From NCBI GenBank assembly GCA_965220135.1, contig OZ244802.1, positions 2,084,239-2,148,238 on the forward strand: DNA of 64,000 bases, read 5' to 3'. Positions 9,016 through 18,424 of the stretch are shown piece after piece (positions within the stretch are counted from its first letter, which is position 1; every line of letters begins with the position of its first letter). A program made the position numbers and the translations under genes. The notes beneath the pieces are model-generated. The model was not told where the DNA came from. It was given only the letters and a program-made list of their open reading frames with translations, and did no database searches. The stretch is from Chloroflexota bacterium (GTDB lineage: Bacteria; Chloroflexota; UBA11872).

Positions 9016-10011
9016 TTGTGCCAGGTTGAAGCTGCCCAGCACACGACGTCACCCTGCGAAGCAGCGAGCGTTGCTTCGACGTCGAGGCGGGCAGGGCGGA
9101 CGATGACGCGTGTCTATCGGCCCAACCGACGTCGCGCTCTTGTTACGAGCGCGCTGATTGCGCTAAGCGCCGCCCTGTTCGGGCTGGCGCTGCTTGCTTC
9201 CGGTCTGAGCCGCGCCACGTTGGGCGCGATGCTGGTGAGTCAAAAAATCGATGCCTACGAGGCAGCGGTATGGTCGATGCCCGACGGGCAGGACATGACG
9301 TTCCCGGTCGCGGCCATTGGCGCGCTCGCTATGGCTTTCGCCGGCGTCACCTTCTTTCTTTGGCTGACCCGGTCCTGGACGAACGTCGAGGCGCTGCCGG
9401 TTCAGGACGCTCGACCGCAGTCGGGAAACGCCGACGTGGGGTATCTGGTGCTCTTCCCGGCCCTGATTGTGGCTTTCTTTGTTGTCCGGTCGGCTTACCC
9501 GAGTGCCACCGCGACCCATGTTGCGCTCTTCGTAGCGGCCACCGCGAGCCTGGCCGGGCCCCTGGTGGTCATCCGACGCCTCTGGGTAGCCAGCAGCGTG
9601 CGCGTTTCCACGGCTCTGGCGCCGCCAGTCTGGACTGGGGTTCTGGTCTGGTGGGCGGCCTTCGGCGGCGCCTGGATCATCCAGGGGCTAACCATGACTG
9701 TGTTGGCCCAAAGGTGGGATTACTCCCGGTTTGCTGAGCGCGGTATCCAAATGCTGGCTGCGGGCTTCCTTGAGATATCCATGGCGGTTGCTCTGCTTGT
9801 TGCGTCCGTCTTCATCATTCGCATCATGTTTCGCATCAACGCGATGCAGAACGGGCTGGCGCGTGAACTGCCGGAGCCAAGGCCGAGGTTGGAGCGCCGA
9901 GGGGCGCCCAACGAGGCGCGCGCCGCCGCGCAGTGGCAGTGTGGGGCCTGCGACGTCATGAACCCGACCGCCCTGCGGTTCTGCCAGAACTGCGCGAGCG
10001 AACGGCAATAG
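9016..10011 (+). CDS. polytopic membrane protein with intact C-terminal zinc ribbon, paralogue 2 of 3
   Basis: 331-aa ORF (likely start ATG at 9103, MTRVYRPNRRRALV). Same motif set as paralogue 1. The C-terminus ends ...CGACDVMNPTALRFCQNCASERQ, a CxxC..CxxC zinc ribbon. Confidence 0.65.
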   Translation: MCQVEAAQHTTSPCEAASVASTSRRAGRTMTRVYRPNRRRALVTSALIALSAALFGLALLASGLSRATLGAMLVSQKIDAYEAAVWSMPDGQDMTFPVAAIGALAMAFAGVTFFLWLTRSWTNVEALPVQDARPQSGNADVGYLVLFPALIVAFFVVRSAYPSATATHVALFVAATASLAGPLVVIRRLWVASSVRVSTALAPPVWTGVLVWWAAFGGAWIIQGLTMTVLAQRWDYSRFAERGIQMLAAGFLEISMAVALLVASVFIIRIMFRINAMQNGLARELPEPRPRLERRGAPNEARAAAQWQCGACDVMNPTALRFCQNCASERQ

Positions 10012-10236
10012 GCCGCAACCGCCTCACGTGGGGTGCCCGTTGGCGCCTCAGGCCATGGTCGGCAGGGTGAGTGACGCTCAGCCACGTTGACCGGCGGGAT
10101 TGAAAGCCGCACGCCGGCTCGCACCGTCCGGGACCATTCTCGTGCATTGGCGCTGAATTGAATCACGAAACGAGTTGGCCCAACGCAGGTGTCGGGAATG
10201 CAGCGGCCGCGGCGCGTCGAGTAGTCCCCGAATCGG

Positions 10237-11151
10237 ATGCGCGAGTGCCATCATGAGGGCATCATGTCGACTTCGAGCCACGCTGCCGAAACAGCGCTCC
10301 GCGGCTATTGGCGGAACCGACAGCCGGCGCTGTTTGCCAGTTGGACAATCGGCATCTCAGTGACTCTCTTGGCGACGGCGCTGCTGATTTCAAGCGTGTT
10401 CTTCATCGCGCAGGGCGCCGCGCTGGCAGATCAGGGCGCTGAGGCCTACGAGGAGCTCCGGCTGTCCGTGTACATCTGGTTTGAAGTACTGGCCGTGGTC
10501 GGCGGATTAGGGGTGCTCGGCCTGGTCCTGGCGTGTATCGCATTCCTGATCTGGCTGTTCCAGGCGATTGGAAACCTGCGCGTGCTCCCGGCGCCCGACA
10601 TGCGACCACGATCGGAATTGCTGCTCCTTTCCCTGTTCGTTCTGTTCCCTGCGTTGGCAGTGACCTACGTTGTCGTCCGCGAAACCGATCCGAACGCTTG
10701 GCAATTACACGTCGCGCTCCATGCGGCGGCGGCCGCCAGCCTCGTGGGACCTTTTGTCGTCGTCAGTCGCCTGTGGGTTTCCAGCGGCGCACGCTCCACC
10801 AACGGGACCCTGCCGCTTGATTGGAGATCCGTGCTGGTCTGGTGGATTGCCCTTGAGATTGCCTGGATGACGCTTGGATTCGCTCCGGCTGTAATGTCGG
10901 GGGGTTGGGATTACTATCGCTTCCTTGACGGTGTCACCCAGCTGTATGCCGCCGGTGTGCTGCAGGTGATTTCAACGGCAGCCTTGGTTGTTGCGGCGGC
11001 ACGCATCATCCGGATCATGTATCGCGTCAACGAGATGCAGGACGTACTGTTTCGCCAGGTGGTGCGGACAACTTCGCCATCCGACGGACTCGAATCTGGT
11101 GCGCATGGCGCGGCGCCGCGCAGTGTCAGTGCCGGTCCTGCGACGTCATGA
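10237..11151 (+). CDS. polytopic membrane protein, paralogue 3 of 3 (zinc-ribbon tail frameshifted)
   Basis: 304-aa ORF with the same motif set (likely start 10264). The +1 frame across 11090-11216 reads ...QCQCRSCDVMNQTVMRYCQNCAGERPYG..., i.e. the zinc ribbon is present but out of frame. Confidence 0.6.
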   Translation: MRECHHEGIMSTSSHAAETALRGYWRNRQPALFASWTIGISVTLLATALLISSVFFIAQGAALADQGAEAYEELRLSVYIWFEVLAVVGGLGVLGLVLACIAFLIWLFQAIGNLRVLPAPDMRPRSELLLLSLFVLFPALAVTYVVVRETDPNAWQLHVALHAAAAASLVGPFVVVSRLWVSSGARSTNGTLPLDWRSVLVWWIALEIAWMTLGFAPAVMSGGWDYYRFLDGVTQLYAAGVLQVISTAALVVAAARIIRIMYRVNEMQDVLFRQVVRTTSPSDGLESGAHGAAPRSVSAGPATS

Positions 11152-11260
11152 ACCAGACTGTGATGCGGTATTGCCAGAACTGTGCGGGCGAACGACCCTA
11201 TGGGTGCGCGATTCACGATGGCGGCGGCTCGGTTGTCTGACCGTAGGCCATTGAGGGAGA

Positions 11261-12640
11261 TTGTCCCGCGCGCTGGACGCCGCGTGCGATGATCGGTCCA
11301 TGAGCGCGATCTGCATTGTCGGAACCGGCTATGTGGGGCTCTCGGTGGGCGCGTGCTTCGCCGACCTGGGGCACGACGTGGCGTGCCTGGATATCGACGA
11401 GGCCAAGATCGCCGGGCTGCACGCGGGGCGGGTGCCGATCTACGAGCCGGGACTCGAGTCGCTGGTTTCGCGCAACGTCACCGCCGGACGCCTGACGTTT
11501 ACCACGGACTATTCCGCCGCGGTTCCCGATCGGGAGTTTGTGTTCATCGCGGTGGATACGCCCACGGGCGCCGCCGGCGAGGCCAGCCTGCTGGCCGTGG
11601 ACAGCGCCGCGGTGGCGCTGGCGCCCGTCCTTTCGGAGGGCGCGCTGATCGTTACGAAGAGCACCGTCCCCATTGGGACCAGCGACCTGATTTCGCGGAT
11701 CATTCACGAACACCGGGCGGACGGCGCACGGTTCCCGGTGGTATCCAATCCGGAATTTCAGCGCGAGGGCACCGCGGTTCAGGACTTCCTGCACCCTGAC
11801 CGGGTGGTGATTGGATCCTCTGACGCCGACGCCGCCGAGCGTGTGGCTGAGCTGTACCGATCCTTCGACTGTCCGGTGATCGTGACGGACCTGCGGACGG
11901 CCGAGATGATCAAGTACGCCTCCAATGCATTCTTGGCCACGCGAATTTCGTTTATCAACGAGATTGCGGCGATCTGCGAGGCGCTGGACGCGGACGTGGA
12001 GGTGGTGGCGCACGGCATGGGGCTGGACGGCCGCGTGGGTCCGGCCTACCTGAATGCCGGGCTGGGTTGGGGCGGCAGTTGCTTTCCAAAGGACGTCCGC
12101 GCGCTGGAACACATGGGCTCGGTGCATGGGGCGCACCCGCAGTTGCTGCGTGCCGTGATTGAGATCAATCGCGACGCCCGGCGGTCGGCCGTTCGCAAGC
12201 TGCGCGAAGCGCTTGGCGGCCTGCGTGGCCGCGAGGTCGCGCTGCTGGGCCTCTCGTTCAAGCCGAATACCGATGACGTACGCGACGCGCCGGCCATCGA
12301 GATCGCCCACCTGCTGGCCGGCGAGGGCGCCAGCGTCCGCGCCTACGACCCCGTGGCCACCCCAAAGGCGCGGGCCGTGCTCGGGCGCTCGGTGACATTC
12401 AGCACCTCGGCGCTCGAGGCGGCGACCGGGGCGGACGCGATTGTGCTGGCTACCGAGTGGAATGAGTTTCGAGAACTGGACTGGGCAGCCGTGCGCGAGG
12501 CCATGCGCGGGGACGTGCTGGTGGACGGCCGCAATCTCTACGATCCCACCCGAATGCACGCGTTTGGATTCCGATATTTCGGCATGGGCCGACATGCGCA
12601 GGCCGCCGAAAGCCGGGCGGCGCAGCTGCTGGCCGAGTAG
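11261..12640 (+). CDS. ugd: UDP-glucose 6-dehydrogenase / nucleotide-sugar dehydrogenase
   Basis: Rossmann motif ICIVGTGYVGL, catalytic-region GGSCFPKD and the central/C-terminal UDPG_MGDP_dh domains. The likely start is ATG at 11300. Confidence 0.85.
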   Translation: MSRALDAACDDRSMSAICIVGTGYVGLSVGACFADLGHDVACLDIDEAKIAGLHAGRVPIYEPGLESLVSRNVTAGRLTFTTDYSAAVPDREFVFIAVDTPTGAAGEASLLAVDSAAVALAPVLSEGALIVTKSTVPIGTSDLISRIIHEHRADGARFPVVSNPEFQREGTAVQDFLHPDRVVIGSSDADAAERVAELYRSFDCPVIVTDLRTAEMIKYASNAFLATRISFINEIAAICEALDADVEVVAHGMGLDGRVGPAYLNAGLGWGGSCFPKDVRALEHMGSVHGAHPQLLRAVIEINRDARRSAVRKLREALGGLRGREVALLGLSFKPNTDDVRDAPAIEIAHLLAGEGASVRAYDPVATPKARAVLGRSVTFSTSALEAATGADAIVLATEWNEFRELDWAAVREAMRGDVLVDGRNLYDPTRMHAFGFRYFGMGRHAQAAESRAAQLLAE

Positions 12641-12657
12641 GCGCGGCGGGCACAGCC

Positions 12658-13071
12658 ATGCAGGACTCCGAGAGCACCTTCGCCCGCGGCGGCGAGTTGC
12701 TGGCCGGGCTGCTGGTGGTCGCTTTCATCGTGTTCCTGCTATGGGTGGTGCTGCTTCGACCGCGTGAGGACGAATCGTCGGTCGTGGCGACTACACCAAC
12801 GCCCGCCACGGCAATCACGCCGACGCCCGATACCCCCAACGCAGCCTTTGACACCGTAATTGCGACGCCTACGCCGGAACCCACCCCCACGGCTACACCG
12901 ATTCCTCGGCCCACGCCAACGCCAACCGCGACGGTCTACGTCGTCCAGCCCGGCGATACGCTCTCGGGCATTGCCGCACGCTTTAACGTGACCGTGGATG
13001 AGCTGGTGGACGCCAACCGCATCGTGAACCCCGACGCCCTGCAGGTTGGCCAGGAGATCACCATTCCCTAA
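12658..13071 (+). CDS. LysM domain protein with N-terminal TM helix and Thr/Pro-rich linker
   Basis: 137 aa: a TM segment, a TPTPxT low-complexity linker, then a C-terminal LysM (YVVQPGDTLSGIAARFNVTVDELVDANRI...GQEITIP). Confidence 0.7.
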   Translation: MQDSESTFARGGELLAGLLVVAFIVFLLWVVLLRPREDESSVVATTPTPATAITPTPDTPNAAFDTVIATPTPEPTPTATPIPRPTPTPTATVYVVQPGDTLSGIAARFNVTVDELVDANRIVNPDALQVGQEITIP

Positions 13072-13181
13072 CGGAATCGCGCCGGGGCTCGGGGCACCAT
13101 TAGCCGCCCAGTTCATAATGTCGCGACAATTCTGAATACCAGCGGGCAGCTATCAGGTACGCTTTACCGAATGCCGGACGT

Positions 13182-13751
13182 TTGTTGCGAAATTGCCGAG
13201 CTTCGACAAGCTCGTCATGCCAGGATAGCCGCAGCGATTGCGGGCAACTGAATCGGTCGCCTATGGCGCGTCGCAAGCTACAGAAGCGCGCATTCAACGA
13301 CATTGATCGCGGAATGCTCGGCGGTCTGATTTTCACCGCGCGGCGACTGCACGGCTTCACGCAGTCTCAGGTCGCCGCCGAAATCGGCCGGGACCGGCCA
13401 TGGCTGAGTGATGTCGAGACGGGCAAGATCACATTCGTGCCGGAAGATGACATTCGGGCGTTGGCCCGGACCCTTGACCTGAATACCCGGCAACTCATCA
13501 CGGCCCGTGACGGCGCACCGTCACGCCCGGGCAATCCCGCCGTCGCTGGTCGCTGGCGACGATCGTGTCAGTCTTGCGGTCACTCCAATCCGGACGATGC
13601 GAACTATTGTTCGAACTGCGGCGCACAGTTCCCTATGAGTGTGGTGTGCGCTGCCTGTGGCCGGACCAACGACTCGCCGGCAAACTTCTGCACGCACTGC
13701 GGTCGCGCCCTCGCCGCCGACTCGTCGCGGATGGCACGGACTCGGTCCTGA
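13182..13751 (+). CDS. XRE-family HTH transcriptional regulator with C-terminal double zinc ribbon
   Basis: HTH_XRE-like region (LIFTARRLHGFTQSQVAAEIGRDRPWLSDVETGK) followed by CQSCGHSNPDDANYCSNCG...CAACGRTNDSPANFCTHCG (DZR-like). The likely start is ATG at 13263. Confidence 0.65.
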   Translation: MLRNCRASTSSSCQDSRSDCGQLNRSPMARRKLQKRAFNDIDRGMLGGLIFTARRLHGFTQSQVAAEIGRDRPWLSDVETGKITFVPEDDIRALARTLDLNTRQLITARDGAPSRPGNPAVAGRWRRSCQSCGHSNPDDANYCSNCGAQFPMSVVCAACGRTNDSPANFCTHCGRALAADSSRMARTRS

Positions 13752-13852
13752 CGGCCCGTGACGTTCGAGTCACGGGCGTCCCACGGCCTCTCGTTCCGCC
13801 TTGACCATCCGGAGAATCGTCGTGCGCCACAACGCCTGGACACAAGCGTGAC

Positions 13853-14134
13853 GTGGATATACTGAAAGTTCACCTTTCCTGGAGCCAAGGACCCGGAATG
13901 ACGAGCGAAGACAAGGGCGGCGCCGGCGGTCACGTTCATGCCGGTCCAATTCGCATCACGATCGAAATCGATCGTCCGCGCGTTGGCGTGGGCAAGGCCG
14001 GCGGCCACATGCGCGGCGCGGTTCGGGAAGCTCTTATCAGCCTGCGAGAGGTCCTGGACGCCGGCATCCAGGCCGTCGACGAGCGAGACGACGGAGCGAC
14101 CAGCAGCACGTCGGAGCGTATTGACATCACCTAG
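13853..14134 (+). CDS. hypothetical small protein
   Basis: 93-aa ORF with GC-rich third positions (plausibly coding) but no recognisable family. Likely start at 13898. Confidence 0.25.
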   Translation: MDILKVHLSWSQGPGMTSEDKGGAGGHVHAGPIRITIEIDRPRVGVGKAGGHMRGAVREALISLREVLDAGIQAVDERDDGATSSTSERIDIT

Positions 14135-14143
14135 GTAGGCGGC

Positions 14144-14700
14144 CCGGCGCGCTTCGCGGAGAAGCGACCGGACGTCTTCGTGAAGCTGGAACCGGCCGCC
14201 AACCAGATCGACACCCTGCCGGACACGGACGGTGGCTGGACCTGGAACGACTGGGTTGAGTGCAACGCCAAGATGACGAGCCCCGACACCGGGGACTTCG
14301 GCGCCTGGGCCCGCGACGGCTACGAGTTCCAGTACATGCCGCAGATGTACTCCAACGGCATGCCCAAGCCGTTAAACGACCCGCTGACGAAGACCATGTA
14401 TGACCTGCCCGAAGCGCTGGAAGCCTGGGAACACCTGATCAACAAGATCCTCGTGCACGAGACCTCGCCTCCAGCCGACCAGGTCAACGAGCTGGGCGGT
14501 GAGTTTGGCAACCGGAATACCGCCGCCAAGGTCGGCATCTGGCCGTCGGGCCGGGTCTACTCGACCGGGTTCGCGGTTCCGCGGATCGAGGACTGCTGCA
14601 AATGGACATTTCCGAAGGCGTCGCCGGCGACCAGGTCGGTGCGGCTCGCTGGCCCACCGAGGGCGGGCCAAGAATCACTTGACACGACTAGGCCGCATAT
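14144..14700 (+). pseudogene. truncated duplicate fragment of the downstream ABC substrate-binding protein gene
   Basis: The nucleotides are near-identical to parts of 15152-15960 (ARFAEKRPDVFVKLEPAAN..., ...YEFQYMPQMYSNGM...VHETSPPADQV...KVGIWPSGRVYSTGFAVPRI). There is an internal deletion of about 290 bp and a frameshifted tail, and no start or N-terminus. Confidence 0.6.
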
Positions 14701-14836
14701 CGCACCGTACGCGAGCGAATGTCGCTGGCCCCTGCGTGCTTTTGGGCTGTGTAACGTGCACAGGACAATCCGAAGGTGGCGTGAGGTCAGCTAGGCCCCC
14801 AGGGGACCACGTCTGGCGGGGGCGGAGGAGAAGGGT

Positions 14837-16369
14837 ATGCATATTCCAGCCCTGACCCGTCGGCGCTTTGTCGCCGGTATGGGGATTGGCGCAACGTCGG
14901 CGGTCATGCTGGCCGCCTGCGGCGAGAGTGAGAGCGCCGCGCCAGCAGCCGCAGAGGCTCCCGCGCCGGCCGCGCCGGCCGCTGCGGCACCAGCCGCTGC
15001 GGCACCAGCCGCTGCCGCTCCGGCGGTAGCCGCGCCTGCTGCTGCAACGGCGGCTCCGGAAGCGATGATGGAACGGGAGAACGTCGAGATCCGGTTCGTC
15101 ACGGACCACACCGCCGGCCCGCGTGGCGCGGCCATGCAGTGGGGCCTGGCGCGCTTCGCCGAGAAGCGACCGGACGTCTTCGTGAAGCTGGAACCGGCCG
15201 CCAACCTGATCGACAGCTTGGCGATCCAGTTCGCCGCCGGAACGGCGCCGCACGTGGCGCTGCTCTCGCAGTCGGACTTCCTGCGCTTCCACGAAGAAGG
15301 CGCCTTCACCGAGATCTCGGGCGAGTTGGCCAAGCGTGACGACTTCGATCCGCTGGACTACTACTTCCTGCCGGACGCGTACACGTTCAACAACATCGAC
15401 CACTCGTTCCCGCAGCCGACCGAAATGACGGGCCCCCAGTTCGGGATGCCCTTCCAGTTCGCGATCAGCGGGTTCGTGGCCAACATCTCCCTGGCCGAAG
15501 CTGCCGGCGTCACCCTGCCGGACAGCGACGGTGGTTGGACTTGGGATGACTGGACGGAGTGGGACGCCAAGATGACGAACCCCGACACCGGGGAATACGG
15601 CAGCTGGGCCCGCGACGACTACGAGTTCCAGTACATGCCGCAGATGTACTCCAACGGCATGGCCAAGCCGTTCGACGACACGTTGTCGAAGACCATGTAC
15701 GACCTGCCCGAAGCTATCGAGGCTTGGGAGTACCTGATCAACAAGATCTTCGTGCACGAGACCTCGCCTCCGGCCGACCAGGTCAAGGAGCTGGGCGGTG
15801 AGTTCGGCAACCCGTTTGCTGCCGGCAAGGTCGGCATCTGGCCGTCCGGCCGGGTCTACTCGACCGGGTTCGCGGTTCCGCGAATCAAGGACCGGTTCCA
15901 GTGGACGCTGCTGCCGGAAGTGATCGCCGCTCGCGGCGGTCCGCCGGGCCACAGCACCAACGACCAGCCGGACCTGGTGACCAACAGCGCCGAGCGCGAC
16001 GGCTCAATCGAGCAGTCCACCGCGCTGGCGGTCTTCCTCGCAGGCGAGGAGTACCAGGGCCGCGTCGGGATCGACCGCGGTCACATGCCGGTTCACCGGG
16101 ACGCCATCGGCGCCCCGACCTCTGTGGCTCCACCGCCAGAGGGGATGAAGTGGCTGAAGGTCTACGCGGACCGACCGGACAACCGCAGCCTCTACCCGTT
16201 CAACACTTGGCGGGAGTGGTGGCTGCAGCACCGAGCCCTCGGCCAGAAGGGCTGGGTTGGCGAGCAGTCGCCGGCCGAGTCCCTGCAGGCCTGCCAGGAC
16301 TGGGGTGTTCGGCACCTGTCCTCGTACGACGGCCCCACGCCGTTCGTCAGCTCTCCGGTTTACCCATAG
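14837..16369 (+). CDS. ABC transporter substrate-binding protein (family-1 extracellular solute-binding, sugar type), Tat-signal lipoprotein
   Basis: 510 aa with a twin-arginine motif (TRRRFVAG), a lipobox (LAAC) and an Ala/Pro-rich linker, followed by an SBP_bac_1-like domain. No permease or ATPase genes are adjacent. Confidence 0.8.
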   Translation: MHIPALTRRRFVAGMGIGATSAVMLAACGESESAAPAAAEAPAPAAPAAAAPAAAAPAAAAPAVAAPAAATAAPEAMMERENVEIRFVTDHTAGPRGAAMQWGLARFAEKRPDVFVKLEPAANLIDSLAIQFAAGTAPHVALLSQSDFLRFHEEGAFTEISGELAKRDDFDPLDYYFLPDAYTFNNIDHSFPQPTEMTGPQFGMPFQFAISGFVANISLAEAAGVTLPDSDGGWTWDDWTEWDAKMTNPDTGEYGSWARDDYEFQYMPQMYSNGMAKPFDDTLSKTMYDLPEAIEAWEYLINKIFVHETSPPADQVKELGGEFGNPFAAGKVGIWPSGRVYSTGFAVPRIKDRFQWTLLPEVIAARGGPPGHSTNDQPDLVTNSAERDGSIEQSTALAVFLAGEEYQGRVGIDRGHMPVHRDAIGAPTSVAPPPEGMKWLKVYADRPDNRSLYPFNTWREWWLQHRALGQKGWVGEQSPAESLQACQDWGVRHLSSYDGPTPFVSSPVYP

Positions 16370-16410
16370 CGGCGTAAACCCTGCGGCGCATTAGCGTCGC
16401 CGAAGTGGCC

Positions 16411-16442
16411 CAGCCCGGCCGGAGGAATCTCCGGCCGGGCTG
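16411..16442 (+). terminator. intrinsic terminator-like hairpin after the SBP gene
   Basis: CAGCCCGGCCGGAG-GAAU-CUCCGGCCGGGCUG forms a perfect 14-bp stem 40 nt after the stop. The U tract is weak. Confidence 0.45.
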
Positions 16443-17013
16443 GTCGCTTAACCCGGCCTGGACCGCGGCCCGCGGTGCTTGGGGCCCGGGGCCGGCAAGC
16501 GCACTCTCGCGTAGGCCAATCGGACTAGTGCGTCTGTAAGCAATGTGACGGTTGTCTCATTCCGCAGGCCATACCGTGGCGCCGAAGTTACAGCCGCTGC
16601 GCCTCGGGCGAACGCAACGGATCTCTACGCGCATGACGCGCGGAGTTCAAAGGTGTTCATCCGGTGACGGGCCGTGGCATTCGCGTGGCGGGCTCATCGT
16701 TCCAACTAGGCAATCTGGAACATCACGTCACGGTCCGTGACTCCTGGGCGGAAGGGTGTGAGCCAATAGGCAGGCTTGCGCCGGTCTTCGAGCAACCTCC
16801 TGCGTTCGAAGGCATGTTGAGGTTCGCGAAGCACGCTGCGGACGCGAACTCGCACACGCTCAGCAGTTTCTGTGCGCGCGGGTTTACGGCCGTTTACGTC
16901 CTTCCTGTCGTTTACTCACCCACTGCACGGGCCGTTGGCTCTTCGGCGGCCGGCAGTTGCCCTGACATGGAGCAGCATCTCCGGGCTGCATAGGGTCGCT
17001 TCTCGCACCTCAT

Positions 17014-17058
17014 CCGGGTGCAAGGCCCCCGCCCGGCTTTGCACCCGGAACTCTTTTA
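17014..17058 (+). terminator. intrinsic terminator-like hairpin with U tract
   Basis: CCGGGUGCAA-(15-nt loop)-UUGCACCCGG, followed by AACUCUUUU. It sits inside an ORF-poor gap. Confidence 0.45.
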
Positions 17059-17534
17059 AGCTGAGGCGGGTGGCCTGTGGTGCGTGGGTGCTGACGAGGT
17101 GACGGGTCGGGGGTGGTGTTGGTCGTCACGAGGTAGGAGTTGGGAATGTTGAGCGCGGTCAGGAGTCATCAGGACTTAGCGGTCTGAAAAGGAACGCTCG
17201 AACTGGCGAAAGTGGTTTACCAGGCACGCGCCCGAATTCCAACAGACGAGCGGACTGGGATGACAGGTCAAGTTCGCCGGGCGGCGGTGTCGGTTGCGGC
17301 CATTAGTGCGGAAGGCGCAGGCCGACGCGGGTCAAGAGATTTCCTTCACATTCTCGGGATAGCCAGCAGTTCTCCGGCAGAAATGGAAACCACCTTAATC
17401 CTGGCGCGATGCTTAGGAATGGCCTCACCTGACCACGCGACCCCCCTGCTTACGCACGCGGCTGAAGTCTCTCGGACGCTTAGCGGACTCAACCGCTCGA
17501 TCAACGCTCGAATCCAGCCACTGTCCACCGGCCG

Positions 17535-18371
17535 CTACTCGCCGATTCCCCACGCACGCCTGGCGGTGTGAGAAAAAATCCATTTTCGGTCGGCTTCGCT
17601 GAGGAACGGCAGGTTCCACGCCGAATCGAACGCCTCCTTGTACGTCGCGCTGGTCAGGCACACGGGCCAGTCGGTGCCCCACATGAGTCGCTGGGGACCA
17701 AAGGCCCGGTAGACGCGCTCGATGAGGGGATGGGCCTCGCGGTATGGATAGGCGGCGCGGCTGCCGTTGGGATAGCCCGAAAGCTTGACGAACACGTTCG
17801 GCCGCTCGGACAGCGCCAACAGGTTGGTCAGTGAGTCCGGGTCGCGGTAGTCGGGCGAGCCGAGGTGGTCGATGACGACCGTCACGTCGGGATGCCGCGC
17901 AGCCATCGCGTTTGCCTGCGGGAGCTGCCGCCAGTTGATCAGGAGACCGATAGTGGCGTCCGTGGCGGCCGCCGTCTCCCACAGCGCGTCCTGCGAAGGA
18001 TCGTCCAGCCAGCGGACCTCCGGATCGGTGTTCGGTGCCAGGCGAATCCCGCGGAGTTGCGGGTGTCCCATCAGCTCGCGCAAGGCGTCGGGCGCGTCCG
18101 GCACTAGCGGATCAACCCGGCCAGCCACCACCAGCCGGTCCGGATATGCCTCCGCCGCCTGGATCAGGTACGAGTTATCCCACAGGTAGTAGCGCGGCTG
18201 GATCAACACCGTCCAGGCCACGCCGCCGATCTGCTCCTGGGCCCGGAACAGATCCTCCGGAGCCGCCTCGATATCGGGCGCGAAATCGGACTCCGGGTGA
18301 CGTCCGAACTTCGGGTCCCGGATCGTCCAAATGTGTACGTGCGACTCAACCAAATCCATAACCCACCCCAC
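17535..18371 (-). CDS. amidohydrolase-2 family metal-dependent hydrolase
   Basis: 278 aa with an N-terminal VESHVHIW motif, VIDHLG and WGTDWP, typical of Amidohydro_2 (TIM-barrel hydrolases). Confidence 0.65.
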   Translation of the reverse strand: MGWVMDLVESHVHIWTIRDPKFGRHPESDFAPDIEAAPEDLFRAQEQIGGVAWTVLIQPRYYLWDNSYLIQAAEAYPDRLVVAGRVDPLVPDAPDALRELMGHPQLRGIRLAPNTDPEVRWLDDPSQDALWETAAATDATIGLLINWRQLPQANAMAARHPDVTVVIDHLGSPDYRDPDSLTNLLALSERPNVFVKLSGYPNGSRAAYPYREAHPLIERVYRAFGPQRLMWGTDWPVCLTSATYKEAFDSAWNLPFLSEADRKWIFSHTARRAWGIGE

Positions 18372-18424
18372 TCCAGCGAACTCCCGGCATCATGCCAGCC
18401 CTGCCGGTGCGTATCGCCAGGCAG

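Noticed and set aside
14940-15060. Short tandem codon repeats (GCACCAGCCGCTGCG x2; Ala/Pro runs) in the SBP gene, and similar runs in the E2 gene at 20880-21300.
   Set aside because: These are low-complexity Ala/Pro linker coding, typical of Tat lipoproteins and E2 inter-domain linkers. They are not an independent repeat element or CRISPR.
17240-17330. SRP-RNA-like motif (GUGCGGAAGGCGCAGGCC) and a B12-box-like GCCACUG at 17519-17525 within the ORF-poor gap.
   Set aside because: These are single short motif matches without the surrounding conserved helices, and there is no downstream gene for a riboswitch. They are treated as chance matches pending an Rfam scan.
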